A stretch of 64,000 nucleotides of DNA from a virus: the IMG/VR virus record IMGVR_UViG_3300025073_000027, positions 64,001-128,000 of that record; one strand, written 5' to 3'. The number at the start of each line of letters is the position of its first letter. Positions within the stretch are counted from its first letter, which is position 1. The notes below the pieces were generated by a model. The model was given only the letters and a program-made list of their open reading frames with translations, was not told the DNA's origin and ran no database searches. The translations under genes were made by a program, and so were the position numbers. Below are positions 19,869-30,359 of the stretch, in pieces.

Positions 19869-21771
19869 TTTTTTCCTTTGCTGGTTGCTCTAATATTTGA
19901 AATGTTTTTGAATTTTGTCTATATATCGTACCACCTTTTAATCCAACTTTCCACATATATAAATAAATATCATATATATCTTGAATGGTAGAATTTTCGG
20001 GAATATTAATAGTCTTAGATATTGCATTACTAATATATTTTTGCCATGCCGCTTGAATATCTACATGAGTTTTCCAATGAATTTCATTGGCAGTTTTAAA
20101 TAAATTTTGAATATCTTTAGAAACTAATTTGCATCCCGCAATAGTTCCATTGTTAAATGTATATTCTAAAATTTCTACTATTTCTTCTTTTGAATACCCA
20201 AATTCTTTTAGTTTTTTCTCTAGAGATGGATTTGTCTCAAATATGGAGTCTTTAGCCACATTTCCGATACCTTCTGTAATATTTCGCTTATACGCAAGTG
20301 CATAAAAAGGTTCTATGGAACTATTAACTCCTGCAATAATAGCAATGCTGCCCGTAGGTGCAAGGCTGGTGCAAGCAATATTTCGTAAACCCACTTCTTT
20401 CAATACATTAAAAGGTATTTTTGATATGTCATAAGGGTTATGATATAAAACCTTAGTAACTACATCAAGATTCACTTCATCTTTATTGTAATATCCAAAA
20501 GCACCACGTTCTCTTGCTAATTCAAATGATGTTTCCCAAGCGTGAAAATTAATAAACCATGATAAATATTCAGATAATTTGATTGCATCTTCAGAATCAT
20601 AGGGTATATTTAATTCTACCAATAAATCAGCAAATCCAAGTATCCCTACACCGAGTCTTCGAAGATTTTTGGTCATATCATTGATGTAATCCAATGGTGC
20701 TTTTGTAACTTCAGTTACATCTTCGAGGAATCGAGTTATTGTTTTTGTAATATCTTTCAATAATTCATAATCTATATCTTTTGTTTTCTTGTTGTATACT
20801 TCATGCAAATTTATTGATGCTAAAATACAACTTTCACCAGCAAGTAATGGAACTTCTCCGCAAGGATTCGTTGATTCAATATTACCCATATAAGGAGTCA
20901 TATTGTCTCGATTGATCGCATCGTAAAATAACTCCCCCGGATCTCCTGATAACCATGCCTGTTCTGCCATTTGATAAAGTATATCTCTTGCTTTAACAGT
21001 TTTAACAACCTTATTATTCAATGGTGAAATTAAATTCCAATCATCATCTTTTTCAACCGCTTGCATAAAATCATCAGTTAATAAAACTGAAATATTAAAA
21101 TGAGTAAGTTGATCATCTAATAAAGTTTTTTCTAATACTTTTTCATATTTTGTGTTTTTCAATCTACCGTCAAAGGCTTTTAAATTTCTATCATATTCTT
21201 CCATCAATCTTTCATTTCGATGATTCAATCTGGCTTTAAATCGAATAAAATGTTCTATGTCGGGATGAATTACGCTCAAAGAACCCAGTTGCGCTCCTCG
21301 TCTAGATGCTTGTTGAATTACTTCACCTGTTTGATCGAATAAAGACATGAAACTTAATGGGCCAGATGCTTGACCACCAGTAGATTTAATTTCAGCACCT
21401 TCTTCTCTAACATGACTAAATGAATAACCTACGCCACCACCCATAGCAAATATTTCTGCTGCATCTTTAAGCGTATTATAGATAGATGTTCGAGAATCTT
21501 CTACTCCAAGCACAAAGCAATTGGCAAGATTTTTAATTCCTGTTCCAGCATTAGCAATAATTCTACCGCCAGAAATGAATTTTAAATCATATAAATATTC
21601 ATAATACTTATCTGCAATTTCTTGTATTTCACTTTCAGTTTTTCCGTAAGGCTTTTCTCCCTCTGCTATAAAATCTGCAATATTTCTACATGCTTCTTTC
21701 CATACTTTTGTTTTTTTGGTTGAATATTTTAATGCAAATACCTTTTTACCCTTATCGTTAAGTTCTCCCAA
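19858..21771 (-). CDS. nrdJ: class II (B12-dependent) ribonucleotide reductase
   Basis: NCFV, GGGVG, RRGA, TNPCGE, APTGS, AISKTIN, KGGTIYR; no beta subunit nearby. Confidence 0.85.
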   Translation of the reverse strand: MGELNDKGKKVFALKYSTKKTKVWKEACRNIADFIAEGEKPYGKTESEIQEIADKYYEYLYDLKFISGGRIIANAGTGIKNLANCFVLGVEDSRTSIYNTLKDAAEIFAMGGGVGYSFSHVREEGAEIKSTGGQASGPLSFMSLFDQTGEVIQQASRRGAQLGSLSVIHPDIEHFIRFKARLNHRNERLMEEYDRNLKAFDGRLKNTKYEKVLEKTLLDDQLTHFNISVLLTDDFMQAVEKDDDWNLISPLNNKVVKTVKARDILYQMAEQAWLSGDPGELFYDAINRDNMTPYMGNIESTNPCGEVPLLAGESCILASINLHEVYNKKTKDIDYELLKDITKTITRFLEDVTEVTKAPLDYINDMTKNLRRLGVGILGFADLLVELNIPYDSEDAIKLSEYLSWFINFHAWETSFELARERGAFGYYNKDEVNLDVVTKVLYHNPYDISKIPFNVLKEVGLRNIACTSLAPTGSIAIIAGVNSSIEPFYALAYKRNITEGIGNVAKDSIFETNPSLEKKLKEFGYSKEEIVEILEYTFNNGTIAGCKLVSKDIQNLFKTANEIHWKTHVDIQAAWQKYISNAISKTINIPENSTIQDIYDIYLYMWKVGLKGGTIYRQNSKTFQILEQPAKEKNVN

Positions 21772-21793
21772 AATTTTTAAACTACCTCCTAAA

Positions 21794-21811
21794 ATAAAAG
21801 ATGAATTTCAT
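21794..21811. repeat. variant junction palindrome
   Basis: ATAAAA GATGAA TTTCAT overlapping the TGA of the kinase gene and preceding the nrdJ RBS. Confidence 0.55.
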
Positions 21812-22344
21812 TGTAAATTAATAATAGATATAAATTTATCTACTTCAATTTCTAATTTATTTAATCCGCTTTCTGAATAAATATTGTAATCATGTTCAAA
21901 ATTGATTAATTCTGTTTCCGATATATGATTTTTCTGTTTTTCTGTTAAATTATTTTTAAAATTTAATCTATGTACTCGCATAGATATAACATTATTTGGA
22001 AATCTTGCTTGTGGATAATATATTTCGTTTTTATATCTGGTATCAGCAATGGCAAAATAATCATAATAATCACTTAATATATCAATAATATCGCAAGATT
22101 TTTCAATCCAATATAAAGGTTTTTTTAATTCCCATCTTACTTTTTCTGTTCCTAATGTTTGTAGCAATGTTCTTCCTATTTCATCTTTTTCTCCATTCCA
22201 ATTCATATATTGTTTAGCAATATATTTTAAATAATCTGCATTATGTAATATTAAAGTTTTACCAGATAATTTTTGTTTTAAAAAATTGGCAGTAGAATCT
22301 TTACCGTGTTGAGCTAAACCACTAATTAAAAATATTTTGTTCAT
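21808..22344 (-). CDS. deoxynucleoside monophosphate kinase
   Basis: SGLAQHGKDS P-loop, RTLLQTLGTE, DTRY.NE, HISETEL. Confidence 0.8.
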   Translation of the reverse strand: MNKIFLISGLAQHGKDSTANFLKQKLSGKTLILHNADYLKYIAKQYMNWNGEKDEIGRTLLQTLGTEKVRWELKKPLYWIEKSCDIIDILSDYYDYFAIADTRYKNEIYYPQARFPNNVISMRVHRLNFKNNLTEKQKNHISETELINFEHDYNIYSESGLNKLEIEVDKFISIINLQ

Positions 22345-22870
22345 TTTTATATGCTTTTATAGTTTTTATTATATCTTCCCAACCATTTACTCTATTTTTA
22401 TAATTATAATTTTCATTCCATGGAGCATTTATTAAAAGTCCATATGCTGTAGTATTTATAATATTATCGTAATTATCATCTATCATTATTGTTCCATTTA
22501 ATAAAAATTTTGATGCCGTTTGTATATAATGATCATCTTTATTCCAAAATTTATTATTTTTTAACCATTGATATTTATATACTGATCCTTCGGGTGTACC
22601 ACCAGTTACATAAACAATTTTAAAATTTAAATCACGTAAAATATTTATTCCTTCGAGGGCATACGGTAGTGGTTTTATATAATTATAAAGAGTTTTAGAT
22701 TTTAAAAATTCATAAATTTTATCTCCACATTCGGGAACTGTATATTGAACTAAATTCCAATCTTTAATTTGTTTAATTTTAAGTTTATCTTTATATTTTT
22801 GATTATATCTACGAATCCAGACCTTAATTGTATCTGCAATTGTATCGTCAATGTCTATAAGGGCATACAT
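22322..22870 (-). CDS. 5'(3')-deoxyribonucleotidase (HAD)
   Basis: DIDDTIAD, MIDD, PWN. Confidence 0.8.
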   Translation of the reverse strand: MYALIDIDDTIADTIKVWIRRYNQKYKDKLKIKQIKDWNLVQYTVPECGDKIYEFLKSKTLYNYIKPLPYALEGINILRDLNFKIVYVTGGTPEGSVYKYQWLKNNKFWNKDDHYIQTASKFLLNGTIMIDDNYDNIINTTAYGLLINAPWNENYNYKNRVNGWEDIIKTIKAYKNEQNIFN

Positions 22871-22879
22871 ATTTATTCC

Positions 22880-23146
22880 TTATAATTTTATAACTTCTAG
22901 TTTGGGTTCTTCTCTTATTTCAAAATCGACTTTATTATCAGTATTAGGAAAAATAGTGGCCCTCATTCCAATATATTTTTTACATAATTTTTTTGCTTCG
23001 AACCATTTAAGGTTTTTACCAAGAATAATTAATTTTCGTATACGATGTGTTCTTTTTGTGTTTTTCTTTATATCTATTACCTCTTTTTTTTCATAAGACC
23101 ATCCTTTCACACTAAATAGTTTCTTTTCTTTTTTATCAGTATCCAT
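22880..23146 (-). CDS. hypothetical protein
   Basis: 88 aa basic ORF with AGGAG RBS. Confidence 0.5.
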   Translation of the reverse strand: MDTDKKEKKLFSVKGWSYEKKEVIDIKKNTKRTHRIRKLIILGKNLKWFEAKKLCKKYIGMRATIFPNTDNKVDFEIREEPKLEVIKL

Positions 23147-23182
23147 TATTTATTATTTTCTCCTTTTATTTGTTATAAATTT

Positions 23183-24121
23183 TTATATAATATTTTCGTT
23201 TATTGGAACTGCTTTAGCCTTATGTGGTATTTCTTTATATGATTCACAATTAAGATAAGTACATGCGCTACGAATACCCCATAAAATCTGATTGAGAATT
23301 TTTTCTAACGGTTGTCTTTGAGCAATATCTAATTCTGTTTCTTTTCCTTCAATAGATTTAATTTCTTTACCGTTGTTGATATGATTTTTTTCAGAAGCCA
23401 TACCGAAAATTTTACCTGTATTTTCTGCTTCAAATGTATTGGCAATCATTCCACCTAACATAGCAAAATCTGCACCTGCATAAAAAGAATGAACTATATC
23501 GCCAGATTGTTTTATACCTCCATCTGCCACAATTCCAATATTTATTTCAGAACATTCTTTAATTGCCGCTAATTGATTTCTGCTTACGCCAGTTACACGG
23601 CGAGTAAGGCAATTTGACCCTGGTCCAATTCCTATTCTTGCCCAGTTAAATCCACAATCTAATAAATGTATAGCAGCTTCTTTTGTAATAATATTTCCAC
23701 ACATTATAGAAATATCATCGCCTAGTTCTTTTCTTAATTGTTCCCCATATTCCTTGAGATTAGATAAATATCCATTAGCTATATCCACTGTAATTAAGAT
23801 TGCTCCATGATCTATTGCATATTTAGCAAGATCAATTTCCCATTGACCGCTTAATCCAATCGCAACACCAAAAGGAACATCAGCTTTATAAACTTTGCGA
23901 ATATCTGCTTGTCGATCAATATAGACTTTAAATCTATGAAGAATTCCCAAACAATTATTTTTACCCATTTCAATTACGAGTTCACTTCCCGAAATTCCAG
24001 CCATAGGTGAACTCATTATTGGGTATAAATTATGAAAATTACTTTCTAATTTAACATTCCCTCTATGATTTATACAACTAATGCTTTTTGGGATTAAATA
24101 AATACTATCATAATCATCCAT
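23183..24121 (-). CDS. IMP dehydrogenase/GMP reductase family protein
   Basis: DIANG, GIGPGSNCLTR, ADGGI, GMAS, GIRSACTY; no CBS domains. Confidence 0.85.
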   Translation of the reverse strand: MDDYDSIYLIPKSISCINHRGNVKLESNFHNLYPIMSSPMAGISGSELVIEMGKNNCLGILHRFKVYIDRQADIRKVYKADVPFGVAIGLSGQWEIDLAKYAIDHGAILITVDIANGYLSNLKEYGEQLRKELGDDISIMCGNIITKEAAIHLLDCGFNWARIGIGPGSNCLTRRVTGVSRNQLAAIKECSEINIGIVADGGIKQSGDIVHSFYAGADFAMLGGMIANTFEAENTGKIFGMASEKNHINNGKEIKSIEGKETELDIAQRQPLEKILNQILWGIRSACTYLNCESYKEIPHKAKAVPINENII

Positions 24122-24337
24122 TAATACTTTATTGAATTCTCCTTTATTATTTATAATTTATAAATTATTACATTATAATATAAAATAAAAACACTCAATC
24201 TGTTCACTCGATTGTTTTCCCCCATATTAACCGGGTGAAGCACCGTTGAGTATTTTTATTTTGTATTAAAATAATTGTTTGTTTTTATTTTTATTTATTA
24301 TTATTATCTTTTATTAAATATTGAAATTATAGAATAT

Positions 24338-24366
24338 ATTTTACCACAAAATGTAAATTTTGTCAA
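24338..24366 (-). promoter_or_regulatory. sigma70-type promoter for nucleotide metabolism operon
   Basis: TTGACA-17-TAAAAT with TG extension. Confidence 0.75.
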
Positions 24367-24497
24367 GCAAATTTATTACCCTTATTTTTATAGTAATATT
24401 GTTCTTGCATTGATTTTGATTTTATATTATACTTCTGTATGTAACATTTATGTTGGATTGTTTCATAAACATTGTGTTAAATATTTGAGGTTAAATT

Positions 24498-26351
24498 ATG
24501 AATCAATATGCAGAAAAAGAATTATCTGGTTTAGTCTTTCAAACATTTGAACAACTGGCAATAAATGGTTATATTGGTGATCCCTCTGGTGAAGACGCTT
24601 ATGGATATTTGAGAGTATCTACAGATCAGCAAGCAGATGAAAATCGTGCTGGATTACCTAGACAAATTGAACGAATTCATGAAATATCAAAAGAAAAAAG
24701 AAAACGAATTAGTTGGGATAGAATAGTAGCAGATGATTTTTCTGGTTTTGATTTTGAGCATAGACCTCAATTACAAAAGTTATTAAAAGAAACCATAAAT
24801 CCTAATACTCGTAGAGCAAATGTAATTGTAATGGAACAATTAGATAGATTAAGTCGTCAAGCTGATTGGCATCAAGGTTATTTGCTTGAAAAATTTATTA
24901 AAGATCGTGGGATGGAAGTTATTTTTTGGAAATCCTTTGGCAGTCGAATTGAAAGAGTAGTAATGGGGGCTATTTCTCAAGATGGCATGGAAGATGCTCA
25001 AGGAAGAATGAAAGATGGTAAAAAACGTAAAGCAAAAAATAAAAAAGTTACCGCTTCTGTTCGTGCCTATGGATATGAGCGAGTAGATCCAGATGGTAAA
25101 TTTTCAGAAAGAACACAAAGAGAAACGCATTATAAAATAAAAGACGATGAATCTATTTGGATTATTTTTATTTTTAATGAAATTGCTATTAAAGGTACAT
25201 CTGCTAGGCAAGTGGCTAAAATGTTAAATGAAAAGAGTGTACTTTGTAGAAATTCTAAAGCGTGGGAAGCAAGTGATATTACTCGTATTATACATAATCC
25301 ACTATATAAAGGTATGTTCACAGCAAATCGATATCGTGAATATAAAATGGAAGTGGTGGAGAACGGTGTTAGTCGATTAATTAATAAAACTGAAATGCGA
25401 CCAGAATCAGAATGGATTTATGTTCCTGTACCCCCCACAGTTAGTGAAGAAATGTGGGAATTAGCAAATAATATGCTTTCTAAAAATAAGCAAATGTCTC
25501 CTCGAAATCAAAAAAAATATATTTATATTTTATCTGGATTAATTAAATGTGCTACTTGTGGATATACACTTGTTGGAGATGTTAAAACTGTTAAAGCTGG
25601 TACTAATCGAATGAAAGAAACTAAAACCTATCGTTATTATCGTTGTACTTCTACTACTGCTTGGCGTAAAAAAAACTATAAAATGGAATGTAATCAAAAA
25701 TCTATCTCAGTTGAAAAATTAGAGGAAACCGTTTGGTCAGTCATTAGGAAAGTAATATATGAACCAGAAATATTATTGCAAGCAATGGATGCTGAATATA
25801 ATAGTATAAGCAATCAACAAATTATTGATACAATTAAACACTTAGAAAATGAAATAAATAAATTAGAAAAACATTTGGCTAAAGACTATGAATTATATAG
25901 AAATGATTATCTTACTGCACAAGAATTTGGAGAAAAGAAGCGTTTATATGAATTAGATATTAATAATAAATCAAGAGAAATAGAACAACGCAATAATCAA
26001 ATTATTACTCAGGATAAATTAGAACAACGCAAAGAATTTATATTGGGATTATCTGAAAGGGCAAAGCAATATGATTATGGTAAAAACGCCCCTACTAACA
26101 TAAAACAAACATTGATTAAGTCTATAGTTGAAACAATATATGTTAATTCTAATGAAGGTTGGGTGACAATAACTGGTCAAATTAAGGGAACATGGTCATT
26201 GATTGATAATAATGCTTTACATATTGTGAAACAATCATTGGAACGAATGTTATACAATAGGGAAACATTGCGTTTCAAAATACATTATTGGATAAAAGAT
26301 GGCATTACATCTTCTATAACATTGCTCTCTAGTGATCCAAATCTAGATTGA
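24498..26351 (+). CDS. large serine recombinase
   Basis: YLRVST, DRLSR, NPLYKG, LSGLIKCATCG, YYRC zinc ribbon, coiled coil. Confidence 0.9.
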   Translation: MNQYAEKELSGLVFQTFEQLAINGYIGDPSGEDAYGYLRVSTDQQADENRAGLPRQIERIHEISKEKRKRISWDRIVADDFSGFDFEHRPQLQKLLKETINPNTRRANVIVMEQLDRLSRQADWHQGYLLEKFIKDRGMEVIFWKSFGSRIERVVMGAISQDGMEDAQGRMKDGKKRKAKNKKVTASVRAYGYERVDPDGKFSERTQRETHYKIKDDESIWIIFIFNEIAIKGTSARQVAKMLNEKSVLCRNSKAWEASDITRIIHNPLYKGMFTANRYREYKMEVVENGVSRLINKTEMRPESEWIYVPVPPTVSEEMWELANNMLSKNKQMSPRNQKKYIYILSGLIKCATCGYTLVGDVKTVKAGTNRMKETKTYRYYRCTSTTAWRKKNYKMECNQKSISVEKLEETVWSVIRKVIYEPEILLQAMDAEYNSISNQQIIDTIKHLENEINKLEKHLAKDYELYRNDYLTAQEFGEKKRLYELDINNKSREIEQRNNQIITQDKLEQRKEFILGLSERAKQYDYGKNAPTNIKQTLIKSIVETIYVNSNEGWVTITGQIKGTWSLIDNNALHIVKQSLERMLYNRETLRFKIHYWIKDGITSSITLLSSDPNLD

Positions 26352-26473
26352 TCTTCTTGAATTAGATATTCAAGCCAAAGAGATAAAGAGTTTTGAAAAC
26401 TCAGCATTTGGAGATTGCTTATTTCTGATAAATTTAATGTTACTTCGTTTAATACATTATTATCATTATTCAT
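26285..26473 (-). CDS. small hypothetical protein overlapping recombinase 3' end
   Basis: 62 aa with AGGA RBS. Confidence 0.35.
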   Translation of the reverse strand: MNNDNNVLNEVTLNLSEISNLQMLSFQNSLSLWLEYLIQEDQSRFGSLESNVIEDVMPSFIQ

Positions 26474-26493
26474 TATGAGTTCCTATTATTATT

Positions 26494-26754
26494 TTATTTA
26501 TTATAATGTGAAAGATCTAAAAGATCTAAAGGATTGTTTCTTTCTAATCTTAGAACAGTTTCAATTAAACCATCTTCGCTATCTAATTCAAAACCTAAAA
26601 CTTCACATTTATAGCGTCCATTATATCTTTGCTGATTTTCCTCAGTAAGTCCTATTTCAATTGCTTTTTTTGTACTGGTGTAAACACCCACAATATAGGA
26701 GTGAGCATGGCGATCACCATATTTATACATTATTACTGTATAGATTTTATTCAT
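26494..26754 (-). CDS. hypothetical protein
   Basis: 86 aa with AAGGA RBS. Confidence 0.55.
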   Translation of the reverse strand: MNKIYTVIMYKYGDRHAHSYIVGVYTSTKKAIEIGLTEENQQRYNGRYKCEVLGFELDSEDGLIETVLRLERNNPLDLLDLSHYNK

Positions 26755-26810
26755 TGTTATTTATCCTTATATAAAAGCTAAATTTCGTTATATATTATTT
26801 GAATATTTTA

Positions 26811-28028
26811 TTAGATTATATTAACTCTAATTGGGTACAACGATATACCCTTTATCCTGTCATCATATATAAATTCAGGATTACATTTTCTTAAAATATT
26901 AAAACTTCCATTTACATCAGCATTAATCAAAGTGCCATTTTTGGATTGATATAAACCTCTTTTAATTCTTTTTCCACTAAATTTATATTTACCAAATTTA
27001 TCAGGTATAACATCATTATCAATAAAACTGGATTTACTCGTATATTGTTCAGTCATTATTTGAACTTTAATTCCATTTTCCTCTGCTTTATAAATAATCT
27101 TATTTATCAAAGATTCAAAAGGAATTTGAACAAATTTTTGATTATTCTTTTTTCCAATATTGCTTTTTCTTTGCCAATCTTTATTTCTACCAATCACTAT
27201 GTTGTCTATATTATTTTCAATACAATAGTTTATAATCCAGCGACTTACTTTATGTATATGATCTTCTGTAATATTATTTTTTTTAGTTGATATTTTTTTA
27301 ATTCTATTGGATGTACCCTTTCCTATATAACCTTCAGCTTTAGCGAACAATTTATTGTAATAATTATTTATTGATTTTATTATTTTGCCATTTATAACAA
27401 TGGGCTGTAATCCTATGTTATTAGTTAATGTAGCAAAATTATTTATTCCTAAATCAATTGCTAGATGGTTATTATTATAATTTGTTTTTTCTTCAGCTTC
27501 TTTCTCATAAACTATTTCTATTTTATAGCAAGATCCATATGGTACTATTCTGATTTGTTTTAATTCATTTTTGACTATATTGGTTTCTATAAATTTATTT
27601 CTTTTCAAAGAACCCTTTTCTTGAAAATAACATTTATTATCTATTATTTTTAATTGTTGTTTATCAAAAAATGTAACAAATCTTCCATTTTTATTTTTAT
27701 ATTTGGGCAATTTTGGCATACCGCAATATTTCGATTTATTTTTACTCCAATCTTTTATCGCTCTAAAATATGATTTCCAATCTGATCCTAATCGCATAAT
27801 GGTCATTTGAGAAGTTTTAGATGGCAAGGCTTTAAATAATTCATGATGTTTATATTGTTTATTTAAATCAAAAGCAAATAACAATTTTTTATTATTTATA
27901 AATTCCTGTCGCATTATATAGTTGATAAAATTATATAAATTCTTTGATTTATAACATAAATCATCACAATATTTAAATAATCTGTGATTTCGATCAATGA
28001 TATGAATTTGAGTTCTTAATAATTTCAT
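26811..28028 (-). CDS. tnpB: TnpB RNA-guided nuclease (IS200/IS605 family), no tnpA
   Basis: SKNLYN, PKYK, AIDLGINN, EQYTSK, INADVNGSFNI. Confidence 0.9.
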   Translation of the reverse strand: MKLLRTQIHIIDRNHRLFKYCDDLCYKSKNLYNFINYIMRQEFINNKKLLFAFDLNKQYKHHELFKALPSKTSQMTIMRLGSDWKSYFRAIKDWSKNKSKYCGMPKLPKYKNKNGRFVTFFDKQQLKIIDNKCYFQEKGSLKRNKFIETNIVKNELKQIRIVPYGSCYKIEIVYEKEAEEKTNYNNNHLAIDLGINNFATLTNNIGLQPIVINGKIIKSINNYYNKLFAKAEGYIGKGTSNRIKKISTKKNNITEDHIHKVSRWIINYCIENNIDNIVIGRNKDWQRKSNIGKKNNQKFVQIPFESLINKIIYKAEENGIKVQIMTEQYTSKSSFIDNDVIPDKFGKYKFSGKRIKRGLYQSKNGTLINADVNGSFNILRKCNPEFIYDDRIKGISLYPIRVNII

Positions 28029-28036
28029 TTTTTTTA

Positions 28037-28621
28037 TTATATATTATATTTTTTATCGGCAATATCTATTTCTACAAATTCTAATTGTTGAGGCAGATTA
28101 AAATATCGAGTTAACCAAAAACTATGATAATAAGAAGAATGACCTGTAGCACCCGATTTTCCACTTGGGGTTATGTAATCTATTCTTCTCGTTGGAACTA
28201 ATCCTTGACAATCATATTCTGAAAATAATTTTGCCATCTTTTGACACATATCAAACGGTATAAGAAAGGCAAATGGTATATCGTGTTTAATTGCTTTATC
28301 TATGAATCTGTATTTTAAAGAAAAAGGCGGGTTTGTAATAATTGCTGTCGGTTCATTAAACATTAATGTGTCTTCTAATAGAAAATTAATTGGTTGATTG
28401 CCATTTACTATTCTAATATCGGATGCAAATATATAATATCCATATTTTTGAAGTCTATTAATAATTTTTCCTTCGCCAGCAGAACATTCCCAAATTTTGT
28501 GAATATTTTTTGGAATAAATGATACTAATAAATCAACAGCATAATTAGGAGTTTGAAATAGATCTCTACCCTGCACTTCATTTATTATTTCCGGTTGATT
28601 TGTTTTAGGTTTATTACTCAT
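28037..28621 (-). CDS. phage N6-adenine methyltransferase-like protein
   Basis: FQTP, WECSAGEG, ITNPPFS. Confidence 0.75.
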   Translation of the reverse strand: MSNKPKTNQPEIINEVQGRDLFQTPNYAVDLLVSFIPKNIHKIWECSAGEGKIINRLQKYGYYIFASDIRIVNGNQPINFLLEDTLMFNEPTAIITNPPFSLKYRFIDKAIKHDIPFAFLIPFDMCQKMAKLFSEYDCQGLVPTRRIDYITPSGKSGATGHSSYYHSFWLTRYFNLPQQLEFVEIDIADKKYNI

Positions 28622-28639
28622 ATTATTTATTATCCTTTA

Positions 28640-28906
28640 TTAATTAGGTGGTGTTACTTTCACATTATATTTAAAACTATCTATAAAATCTTTTAAACAA
28701 TCTTCACAAATATCAAACTGCCATATTTCCATGTCATATTCACTACCATATTGATATTCAATTGCGAAAGATTGAATAACATCCATCCAAAAGAAATCTT
28801 GTTTATTTTTAGGCTTGAAACTTTTTCCACATTTATTGCATATGATTTCAGTAATTTCTAATTCTTTAATTATTTTTTTTATTTCTCTTGTTTTTTGTAC
28901 CACCAA
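28640..28906 (-). CDS. small Zn-binding hypothetical protein
   Basis: CNKCG, DICEDC. Confidence 0.55.
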   Translation of the reverse strand: MVVQKTREIKKIIKELEITEIICNKCGKSFKPKNKQDFFWMDVIQSFAIEYQYGSEYDMEIWQFDICEDCLKDFIDSFKYNVKVTPPN

Positions 28907-28939
28907 TTATCTCCTTATAAAATAAACTTTTTATTGGTA

Positions 28940-29197
28940 TTACATCGAACTGCCCCACATATCTACTACTTCTCCAAATTCTATCCACATTCGTTTTACA
29001 TATGAACCACAATTTTCACGTTTACCATTATCGTTTCCCCAAATAGCATAACTACAAGCTATCATACCTTCTACTTCTTCAGTAATCCATCTTTCTCCGC
29101 TATCTTGATCAAATATTAACCGATGAATTTTTACCTTTGGACCAAGGAAATTATTTTCTGTTTCTCGCTTATTAACATTAATATCTACATCACCCAT
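28940..29197 (-). CDS. hypothetical protein
   Basis: 85 aa between two palindromes. Confidence 0.5.
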   Translation of the reverse strand: MGDVDINVNKRETENNFLGPKVKIHRLIFDQDSGERWITEEVEGMIACSYAIWGNDNGKRENCGSYVKRMWIEFGEVVDMWGSSM

Positions 29198-29219
29198 AAA
29201 ATTATCCTTTTATTATTTA

Positions 29220-29432
29220 TTACATATTTTGTAAGTATCGTATTATTTTCATTATGAAATCATCTGCTTTATTTCCTAAAGATGCAAGTAATAGCAAAAA
29301 ATAAAATATAGAAAATAAACCCCAAAAATAAATTGCTTTGTTTATTGCATGAAGTTTTCGTAATTCTTCTATTATTACTTCTGGAAATATTGAGAAAATA
29401 AAAGCAAGCAACATTAAGCCTGTTTGTTTCAT
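29220..29432 (-). CDS. small membrane protein
   Basis: Two hydrophobic segments. Confidence 0.5.
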   Translation of the reverse strand: MKQTGLMLLAFIFSIFPEVIIEELRKLHAINKAIYFWGLFSIFYFLLLLASLGNKADDFIMKIIRYLQNM

Positions 29433-29532
29433 TGATAAGAATTTTTACAAGTTTTACAATACCAACTCAATCCCCATTGATAAAATTCTCGATATTTTTT
29501 ACAATGAGGACACCAGAGAATTTTTAAATTCC

Positions 29533-29733
29533 TCACCAAGGACAACCTCCTTCTGTATATAACCAAGATCGACAAAAATATATTTTTAAATGTTTATCAT
29601 AAAACATTCTATCTCCACAATGAGAACAAATACGAGTGTTAGACCAAGCTACATGTCTTTCTCGTTCTAAACCGTCATTTAATTCCCATTGGGGTAGATT
29701 TCTTTCACTTACTTTAGGTTTTTTATATTTCAT
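29533..29733 (-). CDS. small Zn-binding protein
   Basis: CSHCG..YFC..GGC; start at MKYK after AGGAG. Confidence 0.5.
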   Translation of the reverse strand: MKYKKPKVSERNLPQWELNDGLERERHVAWSNTRICSHCGDRMFYDKHLKIYFCRSWLYTEGGCPW

Positions 29734-29970
29734 TATTTTTATTCTCCTAGTAAAATTCACGTTTCATATCCAACTAGCTTCTAAATAAGTTGTTTTATTG
29801 GATTGTTTTTTATTGCATAGATGATCTTCATCTAACCAATAAAATTCACCACAAATATCACAGATATCACAATCGGGAGTTTCTAAATGTGGATATGATA
29901 TTTGAATTGATATTCCGTATGCCCATTCTGGAAATGTATTCATGTATTTATTCCTTATAAAATCCTTGTT

Positions 29971-30297
29971 TTATTTGATTGCAGGAAACTTTTTATTTTT
30001 CTTTCTAGCACCCTTTACTATTTCATCCCATTCATTCTCTAATTCTGTACGTTTTTGTACATGTTGTTGACACAAACTCCATAATTCATCTGAGTATGGA
30101 TAGCAACGGCGAAAAGGATAAAAACCGTATCTGCCATTATTTAATTCTTCTAAGTCTTTATTACCTCTAAGTTCAATACATTTACCTTCACTCGTTGTAT
30201 AAGCATCAGTATAAATAATAATTGGAAATCCTTTAATTGTTCCTGCTTCTAAGCCGGTGGGAATAAATATGTATTTGTTATTTATTATTTTATCCAT
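29971..30297 (-). CDS. hypothetical protein
   Basis: 108 aa; stop inside palindrome at 29957. Confidence 0.55.
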   Translation of the reverse strand: MDKIINNKYIFIPTGLEAGTIKGFPIIIYTDAYTTSEGKCIELRGNKDLEELNNGRYGFYPFRRCYPYSDELWSLCQQHVQKRTELENEWDEIVKGARKKNKKFPAIK

Positions 30298-30359
30298 TTG
30301 TTATTTTATTCTAATAAAAATATAGTTTTATCTGGTTTTCTTATAATAAAAACGTTATT

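Noticed and set aside
24275-24550. 91-aa hydrophobic ORF upstream of the serine recombinase
   Set aside because: Low-complexity AT-rich promoter region, TTG start, no RBS.
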